Shown: positions 33,686-42,340 of the stretch, piece after piece | Numbering within the stretch: position 1 is the first letter of the stretch | Layout of the letters: the number at the start of each line of letters is the position of its first letter | Virus record (IMG/VR): IMGVR_UViG_3300046694_000299 | Coordinates: 1 to 64,000 of that record | Length of the DNA: 64,000 nt | From: a virus | Strand: one strand, 5' to 3' | Made by a program: the position numbers and the translations under genes | The notes under the pieces: generated by a model | Told to the model about the DNA's origin: nothing | The model's database searches: none | What the model saw: only the letters and a program-made list of their open reading frames with translations

Positions 33686-33937
33686 TCAGGCCTGTTGCCC
33701 ATCCTGCGAGTCTGCCAGGTGTCCCGGGGAGTAGGGCTCGCCGTGGCGCAGGGCGGTCGCCTGACGGTGCGCCTCCATGTCGACTACGCACTCGCTGCAA
33801 GCTCGAACGTCCTGCAGCCCTCCTGCCGGCGGGCGGATCGTTTCGACGTGGGCCGTCGGCACCTCGCCTTTGGAGGGATGCCGGAAGCAGACCCCTGGCT
33901 CCCACTCGTAGAGGTCGAGGATCTGCTGTCGGTCCAT
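33686..33937 (-). CDS. Hypothetical protein
   Basis: 83-aa ORF, MDRQQILDLYEWEPGVCFRHPSKG... Confidence 0.5.
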   Translation of the reverse strand: MDRQQILDLYEWEPGVCFRHPSKGEVPTAHVETIRPPAGGLQDVRACSECVVDMEAHRQATALRHGEPYSPGHLADSQDGQQA

Positions 33938-34267
33938 GTGCCGTCTCCCGCTGGCGGTGCGTGGTCGGGGGTCTGTGGGGGTGAGGCGCTAGTTCCCGGC
34001 TTGCTCAACGGGATGCGCGTGTGGGGAGTTGTTCACCCTTTCGGGGGAACGGGCGTTCGAATCCAGAACACTACCCCGAGCCCTGCGGCATATGCCAGAG
34101 CGTCGCAGGGCTCGCACGTTGTGTAGCTGAGGCGCCGCCCCTGTGGAGCGGCTCCTACTCCTGCTCTACGGCGGGGAGCTGACGGTCCGTCGCAGACGAA
34201 GGCAAGATCTTTTAATGCCTCAAATCTGCTGCTGACTTATGATCATGATCGGTAAGAGGTTGGTCGC

Positions 34268-34498
34268 GTGCCAGCCGATCAGCCCGAGTGGGTCCTCGAC
34301 GCCCGCCGAGCCACCGGCGACCGCATCCGCATACGCCGGCTGCACCAGAACATGACGCAGGAGACCCTCGCCTACACCAGCGGCGTCGACCGGTCGACGA
34401 TCCAGCGCATGGAAGCCGGCAGCGAGATGAAACTCAGCCACCTGCTGCTGGTTGCCGAAGCACTGAGGCTGCACGTCACCGACCTCCTTCACGGCTAA
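34268..34498 (+). CDS. XRE-family HTH regulator
   Basis: IRIRRLHQNMTQETLAYTSGVDRSTIQRMEAG. AT-richer leader with palindrome ATGATCAT upstream. Confidence 0.65.
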   Translation: MPADQPEWVLDARRATGDRIRIRRLHQNMTQETLAYTSGVDRSTIQRMEAGSEMKLSHLLLVAEALRLHVTDLLHG

Positions 34499-34688
34499 AC
34501 GGTTTACGCCCGGCAACGGTTGACCGTGCGACTGAACCAGAGTCAACAGCACGTTAGGCCTCAATGGAAGCGTGGGCGCTGCATATTTGTGTGCGACCTG
34601 CGTGCACCCCGCACGTTTCTGTTACCGCAGGTCAGGCGGTGGCCACGGCTTACCTGACAGGCAAGTTCAAGGTCCAGGACAACGGCGG

Positions 34689-34928
34689 TCAGGGGGTCTC
34701 GCTGGACAGCCGCCGGTACGCCTCGTCGCCCTGGGCGCGGTACGCGCCCCACAGCCGCGTGGACTCTTCGCACTGGCCGCGGTCGATGTCCCGGCAGACG
34801 TCGCAGTTCGTGGTGTGGGTGACGTAGCGGCTGTAGGCCTGCTGCAGCGGGGAGAGCTTCCCGGCGACCGAGGCTATGACCGGCGGGCGGGTTACGGGCT
34901 TGGGTGGGGGTTCTCTACGCTCGTCCAC
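34689..34928 (-). CDS. Hypothetical protein
   Basis: 79-aa ORF with CDVCRDIDRGQC. Confidence 0.45.
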   Translation of the reverse strand: MDERREPPPKPVTRPPVIASVAGKLSPLQQAYSRYVTHTTNCDVCRDIDRGQCEESTRLWGAYRAQGDEAYRRLSSETP

Positions 34929-34999
34929 GTCGACGCTCCGCTCACCGGCTGGTTCCCCGGCCGTGCGTGGTCGCGGGGGCTTCGTTTCAGCAGCTTAGA

Positions 35000-35013
35000 C
35001 ATAGCATGCTATG
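35000..35013. promoter_or_regulatory. Perfect 14-bp palindrome, operator candidate
   Basis: CATAGCATGCTATG, 12 bp upstream of the GntR-type ORF. Confidence 0.45.
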
Positions 35014-35024
35014 CCGTACCACGT

Positions 35025-35318
35025 ATGCGACATCTCGCGTGGCATGGGATGGCGTGTCACGTTGGCGGTGTGATCGAATTCGAGGCGGATGTGCCCAGGT
35101 GGAAGCAGGTGGCGGACGTGATCCGGGAGCGGATCGCCGATGGCACGTACCCGCCTCGCGCTCGCGTCCCGTCGGTCATCCAGCTGGCTACCGAGTTCGG
35201 GATCGCGCAGGCGACCGCACAGAAGGTGCACCGCGGGCTGCGTGACGAGGGGCTCATCTATACGGAGCCGGGCCTCGGCTCGTTCGTGGCACGGCAGCCG
35301 CCCGCGACAGAGGGCTGA
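35025..35318 (+). CDS. GntR-type winged-HTH-only regulator (Kor-like)
   Basis: WKQVADVIRERIADGTYPPRARVPSVIQLATEFGIAQATAQKVHRGLRDEGLIYTEPGLGSFV. An alternative GTG start lies at 35070. Confidence 0.65.
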   Translation: MRHLAWHGMACHVGGVIEFEADVPRWKQVADVIRERIADGTYPPRARVPSVIQLATEFGIAQATAQKVHRGLRDEGLIYTEPGLGSFVARQPPATEG

Positions 35319-35351
35319 CCGCTGACAGACCCCGCCAGTAAGATCGGGGAC

Positions 35352-35531
35352 ATGCCCCCCACTCCCCCGTCGGATGGCGACGCGTGCTCGGCTGATGAGC
35401 TGAACGCGCAGATCCGTGCGCTGCTGGAGCGGACGCGTAGGCAGCTGACGGACGCCGAGCGGGCCGAGTATGAGGGGCTCGTGCTGCGGTGGGAGGCGGC
35501 GATACGCGGCGAGGTCGTCGAGGCGGCCTAA
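35352..35531 (+). CDS. 59-aa hypothetical protein
   Basis: My translation: MPPTPPSDGDACSADELNAQIRALLERTRRQLTDAERAEYEGLVLRWEAAIRGEVVEAA. High GC3. Below the ORF-track cutoff. Confidence 0.4.
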   Translation: MPPTPPSDGDACSADELNAQIRALLERTRRQLTDAERAEYEGLVLRWEAAIRGEVVEAA

Positions 35532-35540
35532 GATCTCCCG

Positions 35541-35741
35541 GTGGCATCTATCGAATTTCCCGACGATCTGATCGCGCTGGAACGCACCGCCTGGGCTGAG
35601 ATCCAGGACGGGCGGCTGACCGTGGAGACGGCGCGCGCCGTACATGAGGCGGTCGGCGCGTTCGCCGAGCAGGCCGGGCTGCGGCGGATGGACGTTGAGC
35701 TTGGGCTCAAGACGCACGTCAGGTACGAGACGGCCGCCTAG
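35541..35741 (+). CDS. Hypothetical protein
   Basis: 66-aa ORF. Confidence 0.45.
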   Translation: MASIEFPDDLIALERTAWAEIQDGRLTVETARAVHEAVGAFAEQAGLRRMDVELGLKTHVRYETAA

Positions 35742-36154
35742 CCCTCCAGCCAGGCCGGATCGAAGTCCGGGTGATCGCGGAACGGACGGGCAAGCAGCAG
35801 GAGGGTTTCCTCCGCCAAGTCGAGGCCGCCGTAGTGATCGACCTCCGAGTCGCCCTTCGCGGCGGTGAGCATGCCAGCCGCAAGGTCGACGATCCGCCGC
35901 TTGGCTTCGGCCTCGGCAAGGACGCGGGCTGGGTCGTAGCGAATGATGTGGTCCCGCTCTCGCGCCCACACGAACTTGACCCGAGGCACGCCGTCCGTGT
36001 CCCAGACCCCTGCATCACCTTTAGGGCTGGGGACCCAGCGGGGTACGGGCTTCCCGCCCCGGATGGCGGCCATAACGTTGACTCCGAGCACCACTCGCAC
36101 CGCTTCGAAGTCCTCGTCCAGCCGGTCGCGCAGGAACTGCACCAGCTCGTCCAC
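35738..36154 (-). CDS. Hypothetical protein (DUF6221-like)
   Basis: MDELVQFLRDRLDEDFEAV...DPARVLAEAEAKRRIV. Pattern recalled from Streptomyces and actinophage proteins. Confidence 0.5.
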   Translation of the reverse strand: MDELVQFLRDRLDEDFEAVRVVLGVNVMAAIRGGKPVPRWVPSPKGDAGVWDTDGVPRVKFVWARERDHIIRYDPARVLAEAEAKRRIVDLAAGMLTAAKGDSEVDHYGGLDLAEETLLLLARPFRDHPDFDPAWLEG

Positions 36155-36207
36155 GGGTCCTCCAAGTCGAGCGCCCCGCCTCGGGGTAGCCGGACGGTGT
36201 TGATGGT

Positions 36208-36777
36208 TCAGCTCACAGACGAGTGCAGCTCAAGATAGGCGACAGCGGCAAGGACTACGCCGATACGGTCGCGGAATTGACCGAGGCCCCTATTGCAGGG
36301 AGGGCACAGGAGGGCGCGAACCTTCCCCGTGTCATGGTCGTGGTCGACGTCAAGCTTCTCGGGCTGATCGCCACAGATCGCACAGCGGCCGTCTTGTTGC
36401 TTCAGCATCTCGCTGAACTCGTCGAAGGTGAGTCCATACGCAACAGACCGCCAGTTCCGCCTCCTCCGGATGGCCCTCGCACCCTTGCACTCGACCGGCC
36501 GACGCTTGTCGTTGCGTACCCGTATGGACGCGTTGGGCCCACATACCGCACAGTCCGCCGTGCCGTTCTCCTTGTCGATGCTCGTCAGGGAATGCCTGGC
36601 GACAGCTTCGAAGGTCGGCTGACGCGCCGCGAGCGTACCCTCGCGGCGCGCCTTCGCGAGGTGCGCCGCGCACAGTCCTCGACCTCGATGCTTCTTGCCG
36701 CAATCCCGCATGGAGCAGATACGCTCTGCCACGCGACACCTCCCAATTAGGTGATCGCAGAGCCCTCGAATGTTCAC
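36208..36777 (-). CDS. Recombination endonuclease VII-family nuclease (start uncertain)
   Basis: CAICGDQPEKLDVDHDHDTGKVRALLCPPCNRGLG. Confidence 0.7.
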   Translation of the reverse strand: MNIRGLCDHLIGRCRVAERICSMRDCGKKHRGRGLCAAHLAKARREGTLAARQPTFEAVARHSLTSIDKENGTADCAVCGPNASIRVRNDKRRPVECKGARAIRRRRNWRSVAYGLTFDEFSEMLKQQDGRCAICGDQPEKLDVDHDHDTGKVRALLCPPCNRGLGQFRDRIGVVLAAVAYLELHSSVS

Positions 36778-36849
36778 AGCATTCGGGGGCTCACTCGTGG
36801 CATCATTTTACCCAACTTCCCCTGGTCAGGGGCCTGTTCGCAAGAAGAA

Positions 36850-36885
36850 GCCCCGCCTCTCCGGCATCACTCGGAGAGACGGGGC
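36850..36885 (-). terminator. Intrinsic terminator ending the recombinase operon
   Basis: GCCCCGCCTCTCCG pairs with CGGAGAGACGGGGC. On the minus strand it is followed by CTTCTTCTTG. Confidence 0.55.
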
Positions 36886-36990
36886 GAGCGCGTGCAGCCA
36901 TGCAACGCGGATAGATGTGACCATGCTACGGGCCGCCACTGACAACGAGGGCGCCCCTCGGCGACGGGGGATGACGACCGAGGGGCAGTA

Positions 36991-37152
36991 TCAGTCTGCC
37001 AGGCCGTCCGCCTCGTCGGGCCAGGACGCGAGGACCCGCTGCTCCAGCTCGTCGACGAGGACGATGCGGACGCCGGGCATGCTGCCGCGCTCGCCGATCC
37101 AGGTGGAGAACTGGCGGCGGGCCGTCTTCTCGTTGGACCACCAGCCCTGCAT
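36991..37152 (-). CDS. 53-aa protein; a possible 5' extension lies in another frame (see findings)
   Basis: My translation: MQGWWSNEKTARRQFSTWIGERGSMPGVRIVLVDELEQRVLASWPDEADGLAD. 52/53 codons end in G or C. Confidence 0.55.
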   Translation of the reverse strand: MQGWWSNEKTARRQFSTWIGERGSMPGVRIVLVDELEQRVLASWPDEADGLAD

Positions 37153-37218
37153 CGCCACTCGGGTACAGGTACGCCTCGCGCGCTTCCTCCTCGGTCACGT
37201 CTCCAGGATGGCAGACCC

Positions 37219-37443
37219 TCACGCCAGCCTGATCCCGCGGCGCCGGCCCGGCTCCCGGACGATCGCGTGCTTCGCCTCCAGCTCGCCCAGCTGGTAGTGG
37301 ACGGACGCGCGGCTGCGCATGCCGACCCGCTCCCCGATCTCCTGCACGGTCGGCGCCTCGCCCTGGTCGGCGATGGCCTGGCGGATGCAGCGGAGGATGC
37401 GCTCCTGGGTGGCGGTGAGGTAGTCGACCTTGTAGTGGCCCAT
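37219..37443 (-). CDS. LexA N-terminal DNA-binding domain only (no S24 peptidase domain)
   Basis: LTATQERILRCIRQAIADQGEAPTVQEIGERVGMRSRASVHYQLGELEAKHAIVREPGRRRGIRLA, then stop. Confidence 0.65.
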   Translation of the reverse strand: MGHYKVDYLTATQERILRCIRQAIADQGEAPTVQEIGERVGMRSRASVHYQLGELEAKHAIVREPGRRRGIRLA

Positions 37444-37489
37444 GGATCGATTAGAGCGCGTGTTCGAATTTTGGGGCAAGCTGGAGCGG

Positions 37490-38569
37490 CTATGGGGTTC
37501 CACCCCGACGCAGCCCGGCGGCCGCGTTGTCGTCCCATTCGTCGGCGAGCTGCATGTAGCCGAGCATGGCTTTGCTGCCTGGAGCCCAGCCACCCTGCTT
37601 GGCGATGTTCACCGGGTCCTTCCCGTTCTTGCGGCCCTCTGTGGCGAGCCCGGAGCGCAGCGAGTGGCCTGTCCAGCGGATCGGCACGCCGGATCGTTGG
37701 GCGACGCGGGCGACCGCGTTGGTGACGGAGTCGGGCGCCATCGCTCCGCCGATGTGCCCCCAGCGGTCGATCTGAGGGAAGGCGGCCGCCGTCAACTCGG
37801 TGCGCCCGTAGACCTCGCGCCATTGCTGCCAGGCGCGAACGGCGCAGATCTCCGGCTCGTCGATGTTGTACGGGATGGCGACGGTGCGCACGGACCGCTT
37901 CGTCTTGCCAGTGACGACGGCGACCTTGATGCCGCGGGCGTGGACGGTGATGTCGGCGAGGAGTAGGCCGGAGATCTCCGAGGCGCGGGAGGCGAAGTGG
38001 AAGCCGGTCAGGATCAGGGAGAGGTCGCGTCGGCCGGTGGGGCTGTCGTCACAGGCGGCTGCGATGCGGTGCAGGCTGTCGAGGTCGGCGGCCGCGGCCT
38101 TCCCGCGGCCGCGTCGCTCTCCGGCCTTGGCCAGCTGGGTGGCGATGCCTTCCAGCCGGGCGCGTGCTTCGGAGTGGGCGTCCTTGGTTACGGGGCGGCC
38201 GCGCTCGCGTAGGCCGACGATGGCGGCGGTGAGGTGGGAGTGGGCGGAGGTGGGCGCGTATCCGCGGCCGCCGTCGCGGCTGGGGGTTGCGCGGCCACGG
38301 TCGAGCATCCAGGCGACGTAGGCGACGAGCGCGCCGCGGGATCCTTCCGTCTCCGGGAGGCCCTGCTCGACACAGAAGCGCTGCCACACCTTCCAGCCCT
38401 TGCTGTAGGTGTCGGTCGTGTTGGGCGGGGTGGTCGCCTCTTTGATGGCGTCGGCGAAGTCTTCGGCGGCCGCGAGCCGTTCGGCGGCCGCTTCGCCGTG
38501 ACGGGCCGCCCATGCGGTCCGGATCTCCTCCGGCACTCCTCGGCTGAGCTTTTCTACGGACCCGTCCAC
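37490..38569 (-). CDS. Tyrosine recombinase, Cre/XerD-like (GTG start)
   Basis: N-terminal core-binding-type domain (NTTDTYSKGWKVWQRFC). Catalytic FHFASRASE...GHSLRSGLATE...LGYM. AAGGAGAG RBS upstream. Confidence 0.75.
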   Translation of the reverse strand: MDGSVEKLSRGVPEEIRTAWAARHGEAAAERLAAAEDFADAIKEATTPPNTTDTYSKGWKVWQRFCVEQGLPETEGSRGALVAYVAWMLDRGRATPSRDGGRGYAPTSAHSHLTAAIVGLRERGRPVTKDAHSEARARLEGIATQLAKAGERRGRGKAAAADLDSLHRIAAACDDSPTGRRDLSLILTGFHFASRASEISGLLLADITVHARGIKVAVVTGKTKRSVRTVAIPYNIDEPEICAVRAWQQWREVYGRTELTAAAFPQIDRWGHIGGAMAPDSVTNAVARVAQRSGVPIRWTGHSLRSGLATEGRKNGKDPVNIAKQGGWAPGSKAMLGYMQLADEWDDNAAAGLRRGGTP

Positions 38570-38669
38570 ATCTCTCCTTGATGCCGCGTCAATACCCTTT
38601 TGTCGCACGGGATATGAAGAGTGTATCCGGGGTGAGGTCAGCTGGGATGGGCTTCCGGACAAGAAGAAG

Positions 38670-38691
38670 CGCCCCTCCCGGAGGAGGGGCG
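38670..38691 (-). terminator. Intrinsic terminator after the lysis cassette
   Basis: CGCCCCTCC, loop CGGA, GGAGGGGCG, with a T-rich tail on the minus strand. Confidence 0.65.
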
Positions 38692-38796
38692 TCGTCACTC
38701 GGTCTCGTCATCGACCACGGGCCAGGGTGGCGGTTCGAGGAACGGCCACGGCGACAGCCAGAACGGCGGCGGGTCTTCATCGTCCATGCGGTCCCC

Positions 38797-39492
38797 TCAC
38801 AGCTTCCGGTATCTGGCGGTCATGGTGAGCAGCGCCGCACCAAGGAGGCCGCGGCCCTGGGGTGTGGGCGTACTGCTGCCCGAGCTGGTCGTGCGGCAGG
38901 TGTAGTGGGTGGACCCGTCGCCGTCGGGTGTGCACTCGTAGGTGGTGCCGGTCCCGTCGGTGTACGTCCAGCCGGACGGTGCCGGGCCGGTGGCGCCGCG
39001 GTCGCCCTGCGGCCCCTGCTCGCCCTGGGGTCCGGCAACTCCGGGGTCGCCCTGAACGCCCTGAGGGCCTTGGGGTCCGGCGATGCCGTTGGAGCCGGCC
39101 GAGCCAGGCGCCCCGGACACTCCAGGCGACGGCGTGATCGTGGGCGCAGCCTTGCCGGTGTCGCCCTTGTCGCCCTTCGGGCCGGGCGGTCCGGGGATAG
39201 GCACGGGAACTTCGGCACGGTCGGGCAAGTTTCTGACGGCCTTGGTCGGGTCCGGAGCCACCGGGGTGCCGCCCTTCGCCTTGACCTGCTCCCTCAGGGC
39301 CCGCACGTCCCCGGCGAGCGTGCTGACTGCGTTGCCGCGGAGGTCGGCTTCGGTGGCGAGCTGGTCGGCGCGGGTCGCTTCGGTCTGGACGCGCACATAG
39401 ACCAGGAGCACCGCGCCCGTCAGAGCGAGCAAGGCGGCGACTATCCACAGTAGGTGGCGGCGGCGAGCGAACGCCCGCTCGGCCCGGGTCAC
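38797..39492 (-). CDS. Membrane-anchored collagen-like (Gly-X-Y) repeat protein
   Basis: TM helix [20 protein letters not shown], coiled coil, then [13 protein letters not shown]...[43 protein letters not shown]. Hydrophobic C-terminus. Confidence 0.7.
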   Translation of the reverse strand: MTRAERAFARRRHLLWIVAALLALTGAVLLVYVRVQTEATRADQLATEADLRGNAVSTLAGDVRALREQVKAKGGTPVAPDPTKAVRNLPDRAEVPVPIPGPPGPKGDKGDTGKAAPTITPSPGVSGAPGSAGSNGIAGPQGPQGVQGDPGVAGPQGEQGPQGDRGATGPAPSGWTYTDGTGTTYECTPDGDGSTHYTCRTTSSGSSTPTPQGRGLLGAALLTMTARYRKL

Positions 39493-39755
39493 GGCGAACC
39501 CCCGAGCTGTGTCACCAGTAGGCGGAGGCGCGCCGTCTCAAGCCGTTCTGCCGCGAGTTCGGCGCGCACGGTAGCCAGCTCCTTGCGGAAGTCCGCACGT
39601 TCTTCCTGGAGCTGGTCCGTGAGCGAATTGAAGCCGGTCACTGCGGTGCCCTCCCGCTGGGTCCGCCCGGCGATCCGGGAGCCGTACATGGCTGCCAGTC
39701 CGGCCACCAGGGCGCTACCGAGAACGCCTATGGCCGTGACCGTGGCGGCATCCAT
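39489..39755 (-). CDS. TM plus coiled-coil lysis-associated protein
   Basis: [19 protein letters not shown], then a charged helix. Confidence 0.5.
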   Translation of the reverse strand: MDAATVTAIGVLGSALVAGLAAMYGSRIAGRTQREGTAVTGFNSLTDQLQEERADFRKELATVRAELAAERLETARLRLLVTQLGGSP

Positions 39756-39789
39756 GTGGCGCCCTCCCGGTCGCGCAAGGTGGGCAGAC

Positions 39790-40119
39790 TCAGGCGCCCT
39801 GAGCAGTACGGGGGCCGGCGGTTATGAGGCTGTCCTGCGCCTTGCCGCTGACGCCGGTCGGCTTCCACAGGCCGAAGTGGCTGAGGACGGCGGTGCCGAA
39901 GGAGACGAGCGTCAGGACGATCGCGGTGCCGAGGCTCCAGCCGTCGGGGTGCGGGCCGGCGAGCTCGACGAGGAAGCCGTTCGCCGCGGTGAGCGCCAGG
40001 AGCAGCACGGCCTTGACGCCGGCGGACGTGACGCGGGTGGTGACGAGGCCGACGAGGACGGGCAGGACGACGCTTATCGCGAGGCCCAGCCAGTAGGCGG
40101 AGTCGAGGTTGACGTTCAT
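39790..40119 (-). CDS. Holin-like multi-TM protein
   Basis: Start re-placed to MNVNLDSAYWLGLAISVVLPVLVGLV. Three or more hydrophobic helices. Downstream of the lysin. Confidence 0.5.
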   Translation of the reverse strand: MNVNLDSAYWLGLAISVVLPVLVGLVTTRVTSAGVKAVLLLALTAANGFLVELAGPHPDGWSLGTAIVLTLVSFGTAVLSHFGLWKPTGVSGKAQDSLITAGPRTAQGA

Positions 40120-40142
40120 GGCGGGTTCCTTCTCGGGTTGGG

Positions 40143-41324
40143 TCAGTCGGTGACGGTGAAGCCGTGCTTGGAGCCGAGCCGGGTGAGGGAGGCTTTGCCG
40201 GGGATGCCGTCGGCGGCAGCTCCGGAGTAGTCGTAGCGGCGCTGGAGGGCGGCGTAGGCGCTGACGGTCTTCGTGCCGAAGGAGCCGTCGACGTACTGCG
40301 TCGCCAGGAGGCCCTCGGCGTGCAGCGCCTTCTCGACGAGCAGGACTTCGGCCTTGTACGAGGTGTGGCCCTGCGCCGCAGCCGGGTCGTGGCGGGCGGC
40401 GTACACGACGTGCGCAAGGGAGACCTTCGGCTTCACCGTGACAGGCGGCTTCGGCGGGGTGGGAGCGGGGACCTTCCCTGGCACCTTGGCGATGTCGATC
40501 GCGCCCGGGTCGCCGTGGTCGTTGCCGGGAACGTCGGCGTGCGCGAAGTAGCCGCCGTCGCCCTGCCACACGGCCCGGGACCGCGGGTGCAAGCCGCCCG
40601 GGTAGACCGGCGGTGCGCCCGCCGGCCACACGCGGGGCACCCCCCACGAGTCGGCCGCGGCAAGGAGCTTCTGGTATCCAGGCTTCTTCGACGGATCCCA
40701 TCCGTTGGTCCACGGCTGGGCTGCCCGGCCGAGGACTTCCCATTGGATACAGACGCGGCCTTCGCGGTTGGTGCGCCGGGTTCCGTCGTTCTTGAGGGCG
40801 CGAGCGGACTGGTTGAGCGGCCCGAACTGCCCGACGCGGTCGGTGACCGGGCAGTAGATGAGCTGCGGCTCGGATGCGACCTGGCGCAGGTAGGAGCCGA
40901 CGGATTCCAGGTAGGAGCCGCCTGCCGGGGATTCGGTGGTGTGCTCGACGACGCGGGGCGGGTTTTCCGGGTGGTCCATGGCGCCGCCGATGGTGCCGCT
41001 GCCGAGGCGGATGGCGCCGGGGATCCAGACGGTTCCGCTGGTTGTCGTGGCTGTGAGCGTCTGCTCGGGTAGGGCGGCGAGGGGCGACGGGTCGGCGAGC
41101 CGGGGCACGAACGGCTCGGCGTCGGTGGGCTGGTACTGGTCGAGGTCGCCGTCCTCGCGCAGGACGAAGAACGCGCCCGGTGTCCGAGGGTGTTCCTTGA
41201 CGAAGCGCGGCACGTCCTCGATGGCAGCGAGCGCCCGGACGGTGTCGACGTGGTCCTGGTCGACTTCACCGCAGTAGGTGACGGTCTGGTCGGGGTGGAC
41301 GATCGCGGCGTGGAAGGTGGTCAT
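40143..41324 (-). CDS. Endolysin with a C-terminal PG_binding_1-type domain
   Basis: Start re-placed to MTTFHAAIV. C-terminus VLLVEKALHAEGLL...DGSFGTKTVSAYAALQRR...ADGIPGKASLTRL. Confidence 0.65.
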   Translation of the reverse strand: MTTFHAAIVHPDQTVTYCGEVDQDHVDTVRALAAIEDVPRFVKEHPRTPGAFFVLREDGDLDQYQPTDAEPFVPRLADPSPLAALPEQTLTATTTSGTVWIPGAIRLGSGTIGGAMDHPENPPRVVEHTTESPAGGSYLESVGSYLRQVASEPQLIYCPVTDRVGQFGPLNQSARALKNDGTRRTNREGRVCIQWEVLGRAAQPWTNGWDPSKKPGYQKLLAAADSWGVPRVWPAGAPPVYPGGLHPRSRAVWQGDGGYFAHADVPGNDHGDPGAIDIAKVPGKVPAPTPPKPPVTVKPKVSLAHVVYAARHDPAAAQGHTSYKAEVLLVEKALHAEGLLATQYVDGSFGTKTVSAYAALQRRYDYSGAAADGIPGKASLTRLGSKHGFTVTD

Positions 41325-41328
41325 GCCG

Positions 41329-42147
41329 TCACTGCCCCTTCGTGGTGGGGACGTGGTTGTCGTGCGCCCACGCATTCACCAGACCCACGACCTCAACCAG
41401 TCGAGGATCAATCGCAGAAGGCGTGGGCGCCGGAGGAGGGGCGGGTGCGGTGACCCAGGCGGGAACGGTGACGTCGCCCTGCTGGGAGAGAAGCCACTGG
41501 ACGTCGGCCTGGGTGAGCCAGGCCGATCCGCGGACTCCCCAGGAGTCGCCCCACGAGTTGTCGATACGGAACGCCTGCCGGGTGGCGTCGTAGGCGGAGA
41601 GTACGTACTCGTGGCCGCCGGCTACCTGGCTGCTGCGGTCGACCTGCACGAACCCGGTCTTCGGGTCGGGGTCGAACATCGACTCCAGCCAGACCGTGCC
41701 GACCATCACCGGGCCGGTCTGGAGTGCGGACTTGAGGGCGGCGAGGCTGAACGCGTGCGTGTAGGACGCGGCAAGCCCGAGCTTCTTCAGGGCTTTTGCC
41801 GCGCCGATGCCGCTGGAGCCGGTGTCGTCGGGCGGGTAGACGCCCTTGATGCTGTCGAGCTGCGTGGCCAACTCGTACACCTTGACGGCGAGGTCTTCGT
41901 CGACGGGCATCACACTGTCGCCGATCGCCGCCGAGGTCAGCCCGGTGCGGGCCGCACTGTCGGTGCCGAGGAGTCCGGCCGCCGCGTTTCCGGTGCAGCT
42001 GCCGAGTTGGCCTTGGTCGAAGATCGGGGCCCGGCGGCTCCAGTCGACCGACTTGACGGCGGTCTTCGGCAGGACGCCGTGCGCGTAGTCGAGGGACCGG
42101 GGGTCGTGTTCGACGTGGCGGCCTAGGCGTCTGTGCTGTGTGGCCAT
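41329..42147 (-). CDS. Papain-like (C1-type) cysteine peptidase, lysin component
   Basis: [11 protein letters not shown] (Cys), GGHEYVL (His), NSWGDSWG (Asn/Trp). Confidence 0.65.
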   Translation of the reverse strand: MATQHRRLGRHVEHDPRSLDYAHGVLPKTAVKSVDWSRRAPIFDQGQLGSCTGNAAAGLLGTDSAARTGLTSAAIGDSVMPVDEDLAVKVYELATQLDSIKGVYPPDDTGSSGIGAAKALKKLGLAASYTHAFSLAALKSALQTGPVMVGTVWLESMFDPDPKTGFVQVDRSSQVAGGHEYVLSAYDATRQAFRIDNSWGDSWGVRGSAWLTQADVQWLLSQQGDVTVPAWVTAPAPPPAPTPSAIDPRLVEVVGLVNAWAHDNHVPTTKGQ

Positions 42148-42340
42148 GCGGGTTCCCCTCACGACGGGCCTTTACCTTGGAATCGTAGCCCCAACCCCGT
42201 TAATCACCTACGAATCACAGGTAAGCTGTGCGTAGGTTCTTTGCTCAGAGGGCCTGGGGCAGGGGTGTCGCCTGTGCGGGTGCGCACCCCTGCCGCTCAA
42301 ATCCCGCGCCAACCCGCACACGCACCCGCACAGGAGCGTC

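Noticed and set aside
34050-34075. tRNA-like GTTCGAATCC T-loop motif in the non-coding stretch between 33937 and 34268. It could have been an attB/tRNA remnant.
   Set aside because: The flanking bases (GGGCG / CCAGA) cannot form a T-stem, and I could not build an acceptor stem or anticodon arm. I saw no convincing tRNA anywhere in the window.
33258-35541. TAA-stop followed by (A)AGATCTCCC after int (33261) and after ORF 35352-35531. Considered as att core duplicates.
   Set aside because: The shared sequence is only about 11 nt. Many such matches are expected by chance in 64 kb. There is no supporting flanking similarity.
37444-37489. SOS box upstream of the LexA-DBD-only gene.
   Set aside because: Only a single TCGAAC half-site is present on the minus strand. 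There is no properly spaced GTTCGA partner, so no canonical actinobacterial LexA box.
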